Made by a program: the position numbers and the translations under genes
Assembly: GCA_018897195.1 (NCBI GenBank)
Contig: JAHILH010000005.1
Span: 128,745-192,744 of the forward strand
DNA: 64,000 nt
Source of the DNA: Patescibacteria group bacterium
GTDB lineage: Bacteria; Patescibacteriota; Patescibacteriia; Patescibacteriales; UBA12075
Reading direction: 5' to 3'
Notes under the pieces: model-generated
What the model was told of the DNA's origin: nothing
Seen by the model: the letters and a program-made list of their open reading frames with translations, nothing else
The model's database searches: none
Shown: piece by piece, positions 49,177 to 58,835 of the stretch
Numbering within the stretch: the stretch's first letter is position 1
Layout of the letters: each line of letters starts with the position of its first letter

Positions 49177-50019
49177 CTATTTCTTATTCCTCTTATACAA
49201 CTCCACCACATTCCGAAACAACATCGCAATCGTCATCGGACCGACACCGCCCGGCACTGGCGTAATAAAACCGATCTTGTCCTGGACATCGATAAAGTCC
49301 ACATCGCCGTAAACATGTTTCATTTTTTTCTCAATCCCGATATCAATCACCACCACATCCTCCTTAATCATTTCTTTCTTAATAAAATTCGCCCTGCCAA
49401 TCGCCGTAATCAAAACATCGGCTTGAGTTGTCGCCGCTGACAAATCTGCATCATCTGCTTTTTTCACGACCACCTTCGCCCCAAGACGTTCTAAAATTTT
49501 CGCTAAATTATTACCAAAGATATCTGAATTACCAACGATGCAAACATTTTTACCATTCAAGTCATATTTAATACTTTCCAACATTTCTACAACCACCGCA
49601 AAAACTGGTGACACCACCTTTTGACTTTCCAAATTATCCGGATGAAAGCCGTCTACATCCTTAGCCGGGTCGATCGCCTTGATTATCTTATCTGCATCAA
49701 AACCATCAGGCAAAGGCAACTGCACCAAAATCGCATCCACCTCTTCATCTTTATTCAAAAACTCAATCATCTGCAAAATATCCGCCTCGGGCACACTCGC
49801 ATCCATCTTGTATGTATGAGTATCAATCCCCACCTTCTTCGCCTCCTGCTCTTTCAAGCGCACATAAATCTTTGAATCTTCTCTTTCGCCCACCAAAATA
49901 ATCGCCAAACTCGGTCGGCGTTCGACCAATTTAGAAGCCTGGCAAAGCGCCTCGATATCTAAAACGATCTGATCCTTAATTTTCTCAGCCAACACTCGGC
50001 CGTTTATTATTTTTGACAT
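49177..50019 (-). CDS. folD: Bifunctional methylenetetrahydrofolate dehydrogenase/cyclohydrolase
   Basis: 280 aa; YVRLKEQ, VQLPLP, PVPGGVGPMT. Confidence 0.93.
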   Translation of the reverse strand: MSKIINGRVLAEKIKDQIVLDIEALCQASKLVERRPSLAIILVGEREDSKIYVRLKEQEAKKVGIDTHTYKMDASVPEADILQMIEFLNKDEEVDAILVQLPLPDGFDADKIIKAIDPAKDVDGFHPDNLESQKVVSPVFAVVVEMLESIKYDLNGKNVCIVGNSDIFGNNLAKILERLGAKVVVKKADDADLSAATTQADVLITAIGRANFIKKEMIKEDVVVIDIGIEKKMKHVYGDVDFIDVQDKIGFITPVPGGVGPMTIAMLFRNVVELYKRNKK

Positions 50020-50134
50020 ATATATAAATAATGTATTAATTACTGAAAATCGTACCAGTTAAAAGTGATTTTGTCAAAAACACAAAAAGCCACTCCTGCA
50101 GGGAATGGCTTTTTTAAATTTTCAGTTTGCACTT

Positions 50135-51373
50135 TTAAATTTTAAATTGTTCACACATCCCCTTCACTTCTTTCTTAATCTTACTCAAAACACTCTCATC
50201 TTCCCGATTCTCAATCGCTTTCACAATCAATCCCGCTACCACGCGCACATCATCCTCTTTCATGCCTCGTGTAGTAATCGCCGCTGTTCCAAAACGTACT
50301 CCCGATGGATTCATCGGCGGATTCGGATCATTAGGAATTGTTGAACGACTAACTGAGATACCAACTTTATCAAGCGCTACTTCCGCTTCTTTACCAGCTA
50401 AGCCCTTGCTCGTCATGTCAACGACGATCAAGTGATTATCGGTTCCACCAGACATTACGCGGAAGCCAGCTTTGATCATTTCTTCGGATAAGGTTTGTGC
50501 ATTCACAATTACTTGCTTGGCATATTCTTTAAACTCTGGTTGTAGCGCCTCACCAAAAGCCACTGCCTTTGCTGCATTAATGTGATCATGGGGTCCGCCT
50601 TGCATACCTGGAAAAACTGCCTTATCAATTTGTTTCGCAAATTGTTCTTTACACATAATCATCGCCCCGCGTGGTCCACGCAAAGTTTTGTGAGTAGTAG
50701 TTGAGACTACATCGAAGATCGGCACTGGATTTTCCATCTGTCCACCCGCAATCAAACCAGCCGTATGGGCAATATCCGCAAAAGTAAAAGCGCCAACTTC
50801 GTCCGCAATCTCTTTAAACTTCTGCCATTCAATCTCGCGTGAATAAGCCGAGTAACCAGCGACAATCATTTTTGGTTTTTCCCGCAACGCAATCTCACGC
50901 ACTGCTTCCATATCAATCTTACCAGTCGTCGCATCCACTTCATATTGCACAAAATTATAAAGCATGCCCGAGAAATTCACAGGATGACCATGAGACAAAT
51001 GTCCGCCGTGATCCAATTTCAATCCCAAGACTTTATCGCCCGGTTTTAGAAAAGCAAAATACACTGCCGCATTCGCCGGCGACCCAGACAAAGCCTGCAC
51101 ATTCACATGCTCAGCGCCAAAAAGTTTCTTTGCTCGCTCAATCGCAATATTCTCCACCTCATCAATACACTTATTACCACCATAATATCTCTTACCCGGA
51201 TAACCTTCACTATACTTATTCGTCAGCACTGTTCCCATCGCCTCCAAGACCGCCTGTGAGACATAATTCTCGCTAGCAATCATTTCCAATTCGTCCCGCT
51301 GACGCTCCGCTTCGTGCTCACACGCTGCAAAAACTTCTGGATCATTTTTTTGTAGATTTTGATAAGTTGGCAT
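50135..51373 (-). CDS. glyA: Serine hydroxymethyltransferase
   Basis: PLP-lysine region VVSTTTHKTLRGPRG; 412 aa. Confidence 0.95.
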   Translation of the reverse strand: MPTYQNLQKNDPEVFAACEHEAERQRDELEMIASENYVSQAVLEAMGTVLTNKYSEGYPGKRYYGGNKCIDEVENIAIERAKKLFGAEHVNVQALSGSPANAAVYFAFLKPGDKVLGLKLDHGGHLSHGHPVNFSGMLYNFVQYEVDATTGKIDMEAVREIALREKPKMIVAGYSAYSREIEWQKFKEIADEVGAFTFADIAHTAGLIAGGQMENPVPIFDVVSTTTHKTLRGPRGAMIMCKEQFAKQIDKAVFPGMQGGPHDHINAAKAVAFGEALQPEFKEYAKQVIVNAQTLSEEMIKAGFRVMSGGTDNHLIVVDMTSKGLAGKEAEVALDKVGISVSRSTIPNDPNPPMNPSGVRFGTAAITTRGMKEDDVRVVAGLIVKAIENREDESVLSKIKKEVKGMCEQFKI

Positions 51374-51464
51374 AAAATTAATTATTTTAAAAATTTATTT
51401 AAATCTAACTTAATCTTAACGATATTTCTAATATTAATCAAGTGAAATTAAATTGACAGACTTT

Positions 51465-51493
51465 TTGCCAAATTGAAAATAAAATTGTATAAT
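51465..51493 (+). promoter_or_regulatory. Candidate promoter TTGCCA-17-TATAAT for LCP gene
   Basis: TTGCCA 51465-51470, TATAAT 51488-51493. Confidence 0.4.
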
Positions 51494-51534
51494 AAAATCT
51501 CCATTTAATAAAATTTATACAAGTATAAACATCT

Positions 51535-53025
51535 ATGACTAATAATGAGCAAAATTTTGATGAGAAGGCGACAAGTAGTGAACCGTCTCAAGAAAAAGTA
51601 ATTAAAAAATCCAAAAAATTAAAAAATATTACCAAATTCTTCATCTACTTATCAGTTTTTTTTGTAACCGTTGGGATTGTTTTTTCCAGCCAAGTTTTGA
51701 TGTCGGAAAAAGGCACTGGCTCTTGGTTTTCCAGCTTACCGATGGTTAAGCAAATCAAACAATTAGCCGAAAGCGCTAATCGTGAATTAAAAGGTGAAAA
51801 AAATGATCGTATCAATATCCTCCTCCTTGGCATCGGTGGCAAAAATCACAGTGGCGGTCTTTTAACTGACACAATCATGTTAAACAGCATCCAACCATCA
51901 ACCAATAAAGTTTCCATGATTTCCATTCCTCGCGACCTGGTTGTACCGATTGAAAATATGGGTTGGAAAAAAATCAACTCCATTAATGCCTACGCCGAAC
52001 AAGATAAAAAAGGTAGCGGTGGTTTGGCGACCTGTCAAGCTATTGGCGATATTTTAAACCTACCAATTGATTACTATGTCCGTGTTGACTTTCAAGGCTT
52101 TATTAATGTCGTTGACAAAATCGGAGGCGTCACTATTGACGTTGAGAATACTTTTGACGATTATTCTTATCCAGTTCTTGGTAATGAGGACGCAGCCAAT
52201 TATGCTTCTCGCTATGAACACCTGCATTTTGACAAAGGCATCCAAACCATGGATGGCAGTCTTGCTTTGAAATATGCCCGTTCTCGTCACGGTTATGGCG
52301 TTGAAGGTTCTGATTTTGCCCGTGCTAAAAGACAACAAAAAATCATCGCTGCTGTCAAAGAAAAAGTTCTATCCAAAGACATGCTATTTAAACCAATGAC
52401 CATTGTGGATATCATCAATGAACTAAGTGATCACATCGATACCAATTTAAAAGTCTGGGAAATTCTTAAATTCTGGGATATGGCCAAAGAGATTGACTCC
52501 AGCAATATGAAAAGCAGTGTCATTGATAACGGCCCTAACGGCCTACTGATTAACGGCCGAGGTGAAAGCGGCGCTTATATCCTTGAACCAAGAAGTGGCG
52601 ACTTTAAAGAGATTCAATATTTTGCCAACAACATCTTCAATGACATGCCAACTGAAATAACTGATACAATTATCAAGGACAACGCCAAGGTGGAGGTTTA
52701 CAACGGCACTTGGATCAACGGTCTCGCTTCTGAAAAAGCGCAAGACATTGAAAAATACGGCTTTAAGGTTATTAAACTCGGCAACAGTGGGAAACAAAAT
52801 TTCCAAAAATCCGTTATCTACGATTTAACCTTTGGAGAAAAAGAAGAATCCCTAAAAATTCTTAAAGAAAAAACTGGCGCCAATGTCGCCCTTGGTTTGC
52901 CAGAGTGGCTAGTTGAAGACATCAACCAAAAAACCAAAGAAGAACAAGAACAACCAGACTTCATCCTCGTCATCGGTCAAGATGCTGACAAAACCAAATC
53001 TGGAACTGTTAACCCGGTACAATAA
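51535..53025 (+). CDS. LytR-CpsA-Psr (LCP) family protein
   Basis: N-terminal TM, INILLLGIGG...DTIML...ISIPRD LCP core, extended C-terminal domain. Confidence 0.85.
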   Translation: MTNNEQNFDEKATSSEPSQEKVIKKSKKLKNITKFFIYLSVFFVTVGIVFSSQVLMSEKGTGSWFSSLPMVKQIKQLAESANRELKGEKNDRINILLLGIGGKNHSGGLLTDTIMLNSIQPSTNKVSMISIPRDLVVPIENMGWKKINSINAYAEQDKKGSGGLATCQAIGDILNLPIDYYVRVDFQGFINVVDKIGGVTIDVENTFDDYSYPVLGNEDAANYASRYEHLHFDKGIQTMDGSLALKYARSRHGYGVEGSDFARAKRQQKIIAAVKEKVLSKDMLFKPMTIVDIINELSDHIDTNLKVWEILKFWDMAKEIDSSNMKSSVIDNGPNGLLINGRGESGAYILEPRSGDFKEIQYFANNIFNDMPTEITDTIIKDNAKVEVYNGTWINGLASEKAQDIEKYGFKVIKLGNSGKQNFQKSVIYDLTFGEKEESLKILKEKTGANVALGLPEWLVEDINQKTKEEQEQPDFILVIGQDADKTKSGTVNPVQ

Positions 53026-53032
53026 ACTTCCT

Positions 53033-53210
53033 CCGTCATCCCCGCGAAGGCGGGGATCCAGGTTCCACGGTAGATGAATTAAAAAATTATAGTAATTTAT
53101 CTCAAAAAAAGATTGTCTATACAAATAGACAATCTTTTTTTTATTTTAACTCGTTTAGTTCTAAAAAAGGAATTCGAGGTGCCTGGATTCCCGCCTTCGC
53201 GGGAATGACG
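53033..53210. repeat. MITE-like unit: inverted pair of family 2 repeats (GTCATYCCCGCGAAGGCGGGRATCCAGG) enclosing the intergenic terminator
   Basis: 53033-53070 ccgtcatccccgcgaaggcggggatccaggttccacgg; 53176-53210 is the reverse complement of cgtcattcccgcgaaggcgggaatccaggcacctc. Confidence 0.85.
53110..53135. terminator. Bidirectional terminator between LCP gene and elp3
   Basis: agattgtctat-acaa-atagacaatct flanked by A7/T8. Confidence 0.8.
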
Positions 53211-53216
53211 AAAGTA

Positions 53217-54815
53217 CTAAATATTTTTCACCATATAAGTATCTTTCAATTTATATCCCAACTTCCGATAATATCCACGCACTCCCACTCCGGAAATAAT
53301 CGCCATTTTTTGACAACCACTCTCCTTGGCTATTTTCTCCGCCGTTAAAATCAATTGCTTACCCAAGCCGGTATGCTGAACTTTTGTTTCCGCTCCCACG
53401 GACACTAATTCTCCATACACATGCAGCTCTCGAATAATTGCCGCCTTGTCCAAAGTCGGAATCACGCCAATTGCTTCGGAAATATACAAACGACAAAAAC
53501 CATAAAGTGTTTTTTTATCAAGCGAATCAATGCTTAAGAAATATTCTTGACCAGTTCCGGCTTCGTAATTAATAACTGATGATTGATATTTAGTTACTAG
53601 TGCGTCTTTTGCCTCGCGACAACGAATACAGTTGCACTGCAATCCCTTATCTTTCATAATCTGGCGCAAATTCGTAATACGATTTCCTGCAATAATTGAT
53701 TCTCCAGGAATATCGCGAATCAAACGAATCACGCGCACGTATTTTGGTACCACTGCCTTGCAATCAATAATTAATTGTTGCAATTCTTCATCTTCATATG
53801 GCTTATATTTTCCTTGCTTCCACCAACGATACATCAGGCTACCTTTCGTCACGACGGTTGGATAAAATTTAATCTGATCTGGTTGAAAACGCGCATCGGT
53901 AAATAATTGTTTAAACATTTCCAAGTCGCGCTTTGAGGTCGCTCCCGGCAAACCAGGCATCAGGTGATAAGTAATCTTAAAACCGAAACCACGCAACAGC
54001 GCCGTTGCCTCCGCAATCGCCGCCACACCATGACCGCGTTTATTTTTTTTCAAAATTTCATCATCAATTGCCTGCACTCCCAACTCTACCCGCGTACAAC
54101 CAAGCTCCCGCATTTCCAAAAGTTCTTTTTGATTAATATAATCTGGACGAGTTTCTAATGTAATGCCAATCAAATTATATTTCGCTTTTTCATTTCGTTT
54201 CTGTTCTCGATACAAATCCTCTTTAACCTTATCAATTTTTAAATTTTCTTTATACGTTTGTTTTTTATGCTTTTCAATTTTCAACTGAAAATCATTGGCC
54301 GCTCGAAAACATTCGGCAATATACCAAAACTTATAATTCGTCGGCAAGACTGACCACGTCCCTCCAATCACAATCAACTCAATCTTCGTCGGCTCATGTC
54401 CATTCGCTTCCAGGGCGCGCAAACGATCCTGTACTTGCACATAGGGATGGTAATCGCAGCGAATCGCCCGCATCACCGCCGGTTCATTTGAGAGATAACT
54501 CTGTGGCACATCTTTTTCAGTCGGACAAAAAGCACAATTACCAGGGCAAGGAAAAGGCTTGGTTAAAACCGCCACTGGCGCAATTCCCGACATAGTGCGC
54601 ACACCCCGCTTCCGCAAAACCTTATCCAAAATATCTGATTTTTTTATTTTACCAGCCACTATCATTTCACGATAAACCTCCAAGACTTGTGAGTTCGCAA
54701 AAATCGGCAAACCATACTTAGTCGCCGCATCTCTTTTTGCCAACATCAAATCAGCCGCAGTTTTAATCGGCTTTTTTAAAATCTCAGTAATCGCTTTTCG
54801 TTGTTGCTCATTCAT
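53217..54815 (-). CDS. elp3: Elp3-type radical SAM/GNAT tRNA U34 modification enzyme
   Basis: 532 aa; radical SAM CPGNCAFC (Cx3Cx2C), Elp3-like SYLSNEPAVMRA, C-terminal GNAT QHTGLGKQL. Confidence 0.85.
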   Translation of the reverse strand: MNEQQRKAITEILKKPIKTAADLMLAKRDAATKYGLPIFANSQVLEVYREMIVAGKIKKSDILDKVLRKRGVRTMSGIAPVAVLTKPFPCPGNCAFCPTEKDVPQSYLSNEPAVMRAIRCDYHPYVQVQDRLRALEANGHEPTKIELIVIGGTWSVLPTNYKFWYIAECFRAANDFQLKIEKHKKQTYKENLKIDKVKEDLYREQKRNEKAKYNLIGITLETRPDYINQKELLEMRELGCTRVELGVQAIDDEILKKNKRGHGVAAIAEATALLRGFGFKITYHLMPGLPGATSKRDLEMFKQLFTDARFQPDQIKFYPTVVTKGSLMYRWWKQGKYKPYEDEELQQLIIDCKAVVPKYVRVIRLIRDIPGESIIAGNRITNLRQIMKDKGLQCNCIRCREAKDALVTKYQSSVINYEAGTGQEYFLSIDSLDKKTLYGFCRLYISEAIGVIPTLDKAAIIRELHVYGELVSVGAETKVQHTGLGKQLILTAEKIAKESGCQKMAIISGVGVRGYYRKLGYKLKDTYMVKNI

Positions 54816-54897
54816 AACTCTAACTTACAATAAATATGTGATTTCTGCAAATATAAAAGCGGTTTCATCCAGAAACCGCTCGTTAATAATTCAAACA

Positions 54898-55194
54898 TTA
54901 AACTCTGTCCACTTTTCTCGCCGTGAATTTTGCAATTCTTTTTTCAATATCACAATCTGCAAGGCGGAAACAATACTGCCAACTTCTTTTTTGTGCCCCC
55001 GTTGCAGGAATGTCCACAATGATATCCGTATTGCCCGTTGGCAAATACTTCATATAGGTATCGTTCTTGATATGAACGTCAATTGAACGACCTCTTCCCA
55101 TAGCACCATTCGCCTTTATATAGCCTGCTAAAGCCGACCTGATTTTCTTGTAAACCTCATCGGCGGTTATTGCTCGCATAGTATCTTGAATCAT
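54898..55194 (-). CDS. Hypothetical protein (98 aa) upstream of elp3
   Basis: Strong SD AAGGAGGG before ATG; no recognisable motif. Confidence 0.55.
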   Translation of the reverse strand: MIQDTMRAITADEVYKKIRSALAGYIKANGAMGRGRSIDVHIKNDTYMKYLPTGNTDIIVDIPATGAQKRSWQYCFRLADCDIEKRIAKFTARKVDRV

Positions 55195-55320
55195 TTTTCC
55201 CTCCTTATAATTATATTAAAATGAACAACTCACTTAATGCAACTATAGCACAGAAATAAATATTTGTCAATAAGCCGGTCAAAATGATATAATAAGGCTA
55301 TAAATCACTAACAAAATTTT

Positions 55321-56685
55321 ATGGAAATAAACCCAGGTATTTTTAAAGCCTACGACATTCGCGGTATCTATGGAACAGAACTAAGCGAAGAGGTAGCCTA
55401 TCGTCTTGGCAAAGCCTATGTAGAATTACGTCGTGAAGATGGTCTTCAGAATGATTTACAAATTGTTGTCGGTGAAGATATGCGCCTATCTTCACCCCAA
55501 TTAAAAGAATCCCTAATCAAAGGTCTTACGGAAGCTGGTGCTAATGTCATCGACATCGGTCTTGCCTCAACTCCGACATTTTATTTTGCCGTGGCCAATT
55601 ATAATTACGATGGCGGTATTATTGTTTCTGCATCTCATAATCCAGGCGAATACAATGGTTTCAAAATAACCCGCTCCAAAGCTATTCCCGTTAGCGGCGA
55701 AACTGGCATGATGATTTTACGCGACAAAGTCATTGCTAACAATTTCACACCCAGTGACAAAATTGGCCAGGTTATCAAAAAGGACAATGTGCTTCAAGAT
55801 CAAATCGCGCATGACCTACAATTCGGTAATCTACAAAATATCAAACCGATTAAAATCGCCATCGACACTGCTAATAGCATGGGCGCTCAATATTTAGACG
55901 AATTATTCAAACATTTGCCTTGCGAGTTAATAAAAATGAACTGGGAGCTCGACGGCACCTTCCCGGCGCACGAAGCCGACCCGCTTAAAGAAGAAAATTT
56001 AGAAGATTTAAAAAAGAAAGTTCTTGAGACAAGCTCTGATTTCGGCATCACCACTGACGGCGACGGCGACCGCATTTTCTTTGTTGATAACGAAGGCCAA
56101 GCCATCGACCAAGCTATCATCCGTGGCATTCTCTCGATGATTTTTCTTAAAGAAAAACCTGGCTCCAAGATTTGCTACGACATTCGTCCAGGCAAAATCA
56201 CTCAAGACCTAATTGAAGAAAATGGCGGCATCCCGATTGTTACGCGCGTTGGTCATTCTCTCATCAAAGAACAAACATTAAAAGAAGGCGCTTACTTCGC
56301 TGGCGAATCCAGCGGCCACTTCTTCCTCAATATGCCGATTGGCTGTTTTGAAGTTCCTGTCATTGTTACTCTTAAATTATTAGAATACTTTTCTCAAAGT
56401 GGCCAAACCGTCGCCGAGACTGTCAAACCCTTCAAGAGATATTTTCATTCAGGTGAGATCAACTCCGTGGTTGCTGACAAAGATATTGTCATCGCTACTC
56501 TCATCGCCAAATATCCCGATGGTCAACTCAACCGCCTTGATGGCATTACCATAGAATACCCTGATTTCTGGTTCAATGTCCGTGGCTCTAATACTGAACC
56601 AAAATTACGCCTAAATCTTGAAGCTAGAACCAAAGAAATCATGGAAGTTAGACGAGATGAGGTATTAGGCATAATTCGCGCCTAA
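55321..56685 (+). CDS. Phosphomannomutase/phosphoglucomutase (alpha-D-phosphohexomutase)
   Basis: Phosphoserine loop SASHNPGEYNGFK, metal site TDGDGDR, GESSGH. Confidence 0.92.
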   Translation: MEINPGIFKAYDIRGIYGTELSEEVAYRLGKAYVELRREDGLQNDLQIVVGEDMRLSSPQLKESLIKGLTEAGANVIDIGLASTPTFYFAVANYNYDGGIIVSASHNPGEYNGFKITRSKAIPVSGETGMMILRDKVIANNFTPSDKIGQVIKKDNVLQDQIAHDLQFGNLQNIKPIKIAIDTANSMGAQYLDELFKHLPCELIKMNWELDGTFPAHEADPLKEENLEDLKKKVLETSSDFGITTDGDGDRIFFVDNEGQAIDQAIIRGILSMIFLKEKPGSKICYDIRPGKITQDLIEENGGIPIVTRVGHSLIKEQTLKEGAYFAGESSGHFFLNMPIGCFEVPVIVTLKLLEYFSQSGQTVAETVKPFKRYFHSGEINSVVADKDIVIATLIAKYPDGQLNRLDGITIEYPDFWFNVRGSNTEPKLRLNLEARTKEIMEVRRDEVLGIIRA

Positions 56686-56694
56686 TAACTCATT

Positions 56695-56844
56695 CTCCCT
56701 CGCCCCGCCAGGAGAGGGTTAACGTAATCCTCGTCCAACTAATAATAAAGGGGACGGGGTGAGGGAGCATTATTAAAGACATTTCCGCTTATTTTCATCA
56801 CCCGTTCTACCTCACCCCAGCCCTCTCCTACAAAGGAGAGGGAG
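56695..56844. repeat. Cluster of three family 1 repeat units/fragments
   Basis: 56695-56718 ctccctcgccccgccaggagaggg; 56750-56767 ggggacggggtgagggag; 56810-56844 cctcaccccagccctctcctacaaaggagagggag. Confidence 0.85.
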
Positions 56845-56858
56845 TTAATAGTTACCTC

Positions 56859-56886
56859 TTGACATTTTCTGGGAATAGTACATAAT
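56859..56886 (+). promoter_or_regulatory. Sigma70-type promoter TTGACA-16-CATAAT
   Basis: TTGACA 56859-56864; CATAAT 56881-56886. Confidence 0.5.
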
Positions 56887-56893
56887 ACTGATA

Positions 56894-57033
56894 AGGAATT
56901 GTTTTTCGCCTAAAAAAAGGCCCTCCCTCAGCCACCATTCTTCGGGCGACTCAAAGTCTCAAAAATTCAATTCCCCACCCTGGGAGGTATCTCACGAAGC
57001 TATGCTTTGTGAGATACCTCCCTCCCTTTTTTT
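56894..57033 (+). ncRNA. Candidate ~140-nt small RNA with C-rich motifs
   Basis: Promoter upstream; perfect 14-bp terminator stem gggaggtatctcac/gtgagatacctccc (56982-57022) + T7; no ORF; no downstream same-strand gene. Confidence 0.45.
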
Positions 57034-57055
57034 AAAAAATACATTTATACAAAAA

Positions 57056-57083
57056 AACTCGTCCTGGATATTTAGGACGAGTT
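57056..57083. terminator. Hairpin terminator downstream of trpS
   Basis: aactcgtcct-ggatattt-aggacgagtt flanked by A7/T6. Confidence 0.75.
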
Positions 57084-57102
57084 TTTTAATTTGAAATAAT
57101 TT

Positions 57103-58086
57103 TTACATTCCCAAAACTTTCTTCGCTCGCGCCAAAACCTCCTGCGCCATCGGCCGCACCTTCGCCGCTCCTTCATCCAAAACTCGACGCACTTCTTCGT
57201 CGCTAATCTGATTATATTTTTCTTGAAAACTAATTAAGAAATTTTTCACCACTTCGGCTAAGTCTTTCTTAAACGGTCCGTAATTCATGCCTGCATATTT
57301 CTTTTCCAAGCTAGCAATCGTCTCGCCGGTCAAGGAAGAATAAATCGTCAACAAATTAGCAATTCCCGGCTTCTGCTCGACATTATAAACAACTTCCGCG
57401 CCCGAGTCTGTGGTTGCCTTCATAATTTTCTTTGCTGCCTTCTCCGGACTATCAAGCAGGGCAATATAACCAGCTTCACTCTCCGCACTCTTACTCATTT
57501 TCTTTTCCGGATTATCTAAAGCCATAATGCGTGCACCCTCCTTACGAATAAGCGCTTGTGGCACCACGAATGTTTGCTCAAAATGATGATTAAAGCGTCG
57601 CGCCAAATCACGCGCTAATTCCACGTGTTGCAACTGATCATCGCCCACTGGCACAATTTCTGTGTTATACAAAATTATATCCGCTGCCATTAAAACTGGG
57701 TAATCAAACAAACCAACACTCACATTCTCCTGGTTCTCGCCTGCCTTATCCTTAAACTGCGTCATCTTATTCATGTCACTCATGCGTGCCGCCGTACAAT
57801 TCAATATCCAAGCCAATTCAGTATGCTCTGTCATCGTTGATTGCTGAAAAATTGTCGCCTTTTTTGGATCAATTCCAAAGGCTAAATAAATCTTCGCGAT
57901 TTCAATAATCCGTCGTCGCAACAACTCCGGCTTTTGCATCACCGTAATCGCATGATAATCGACCACACAAAAAACCGCCTCATACTCATCCTGCATTGGC
58001 ACCCACTGCGAAATCGCCCCAATATAATTACCAATATGCAAATCACCACTCGGCTTGATGCCGGAAAATATTCTTTTTTTAGACAT
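57103..58086 (-). CDS. trpS: Tryptophan--tRNA ligase
   Basis: GIKPSGDLHIGNYIGA (HIGH) and KKMSKSA (KMSKS); 327 aa. Confidence 0.95.
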   Translation of the reverse strand: MSKKRIFSGIKPSGDLHIGNYIGAISQWVPMQDEYEAVFCVVDYHAITVMQKPELLRRRIIEIAKIYLAFGIDPKKATIFQQSTMTEHTELAWILNCTAARMSDMNKMTQFKDKAGENQENVSVGLFDYPVLMAADIILYNTEIVPVGDDQLQHVELARDLARRFNHHFEQTFVVPQALIRKEGARIMALDNPEKKMSKSAESEAGYIALLDSPEKAAKKIMKATTDSGAEVVYNVEQKPGIANLLTIYSSLTGETIASLEKKYAGMNYGPFKKDLAEVVKNFLISFQEKYNQISDEEVRRVLDEGAAKVRPMAQEVLARAKKVLGM

Positions 58087-58277
58087 ATATTCAAAAATTA
58101 CTTTTTAACCTAATATTATTATATAATACCCCCTCCCAGAACACAAGTATTGACATTTTGGCGAAAGTATGACACAATATCAGTATAATTCTCGTTTTCG
58201 TGTGAAAAAGAGAAAAAAAATTACAAATTGCCCTTTATAAATACTAAATATCTAAATAACTCAAGGAGGAGTAATAG

Positions 58278-58745
58278 ATGACCATAAACAAATCAGTCCT
58301 CGTAAGGGCATATTTTATCAACTATTCCATCAAACTGCTTTTTCTGCTGATTGCACTTTGCTGTATAGCCATGTTATTCTGGATGACCTTAAACCGCCAC
58401 GAGATTCCAGCTTCAGTCATCTTTCAGTCCGATACTGCAATTGCCGATTTGGCCAACAATATTGTCAATCAAAGTTTTAATAACTTTATAGTTGTTATTT
58501 TGACAATGTCTGCAATTCACTGTCTTCTTAAAAACAAGGAGTCATTAATTATGGAAGTACAATGTCTTTGTGGTCAGAAGTTCACGCTCGTGATAAATAC
58601 AAGCGCCAATTACGGTCTTGGTCAAAACTTTAATTGTCCAGAATGCACAACACCTTACTGGTTTGATGAACAAACAAGAAGAATTATTCTTTTACAAGAA
58701 CCAGACCCAGCATATTTTGAAAAAATAGTCCGCACAAAAAATTAA
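58278..58745 (+). CDS. Hypothetical membrane protein with C-terminal CxC...CxxC zinc-ribbon-like segment
   Basis: AAGGAGG SD; two TM segments; CLCGQK...CPEC. Confidence 0.55.
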   Translation: MTINKSVLVRAYFINYSIKLLFLLIALCCIAMLFWMTLNRHEIPASVIFQSDTAIADLANNIVNQSFNNFIVVILTMSAIHCLLKNKESLIMEVQCLCGQKFTLVINTSANYGLGQNFNCPECTTPYWFDEQTRRIILLQEPDPAYFEKIVRTKN

Positions 58746-58835
58746 CCCCTAATCCAAAACATTTCAAGCCGCGATCGATAAGACGCGGCTTTTTCTTTTC
58801 TTGACTTTTCCTTTATTAAGTAACAAAATATAAAT

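Noticed and set aside
44254-51276. Long antisense ORFs, e.g. 44766..45086, 47226..47732 (168 aa), 48964..49440 (158 aa) and 50839..51276 (145 aa)
   Set aside because: Each lies antisense to a well-supported conserved gene (rny, recQ, folD, glyA) or across repeat elements. They have low-complexity composition rich in R, H and S, and no SD.
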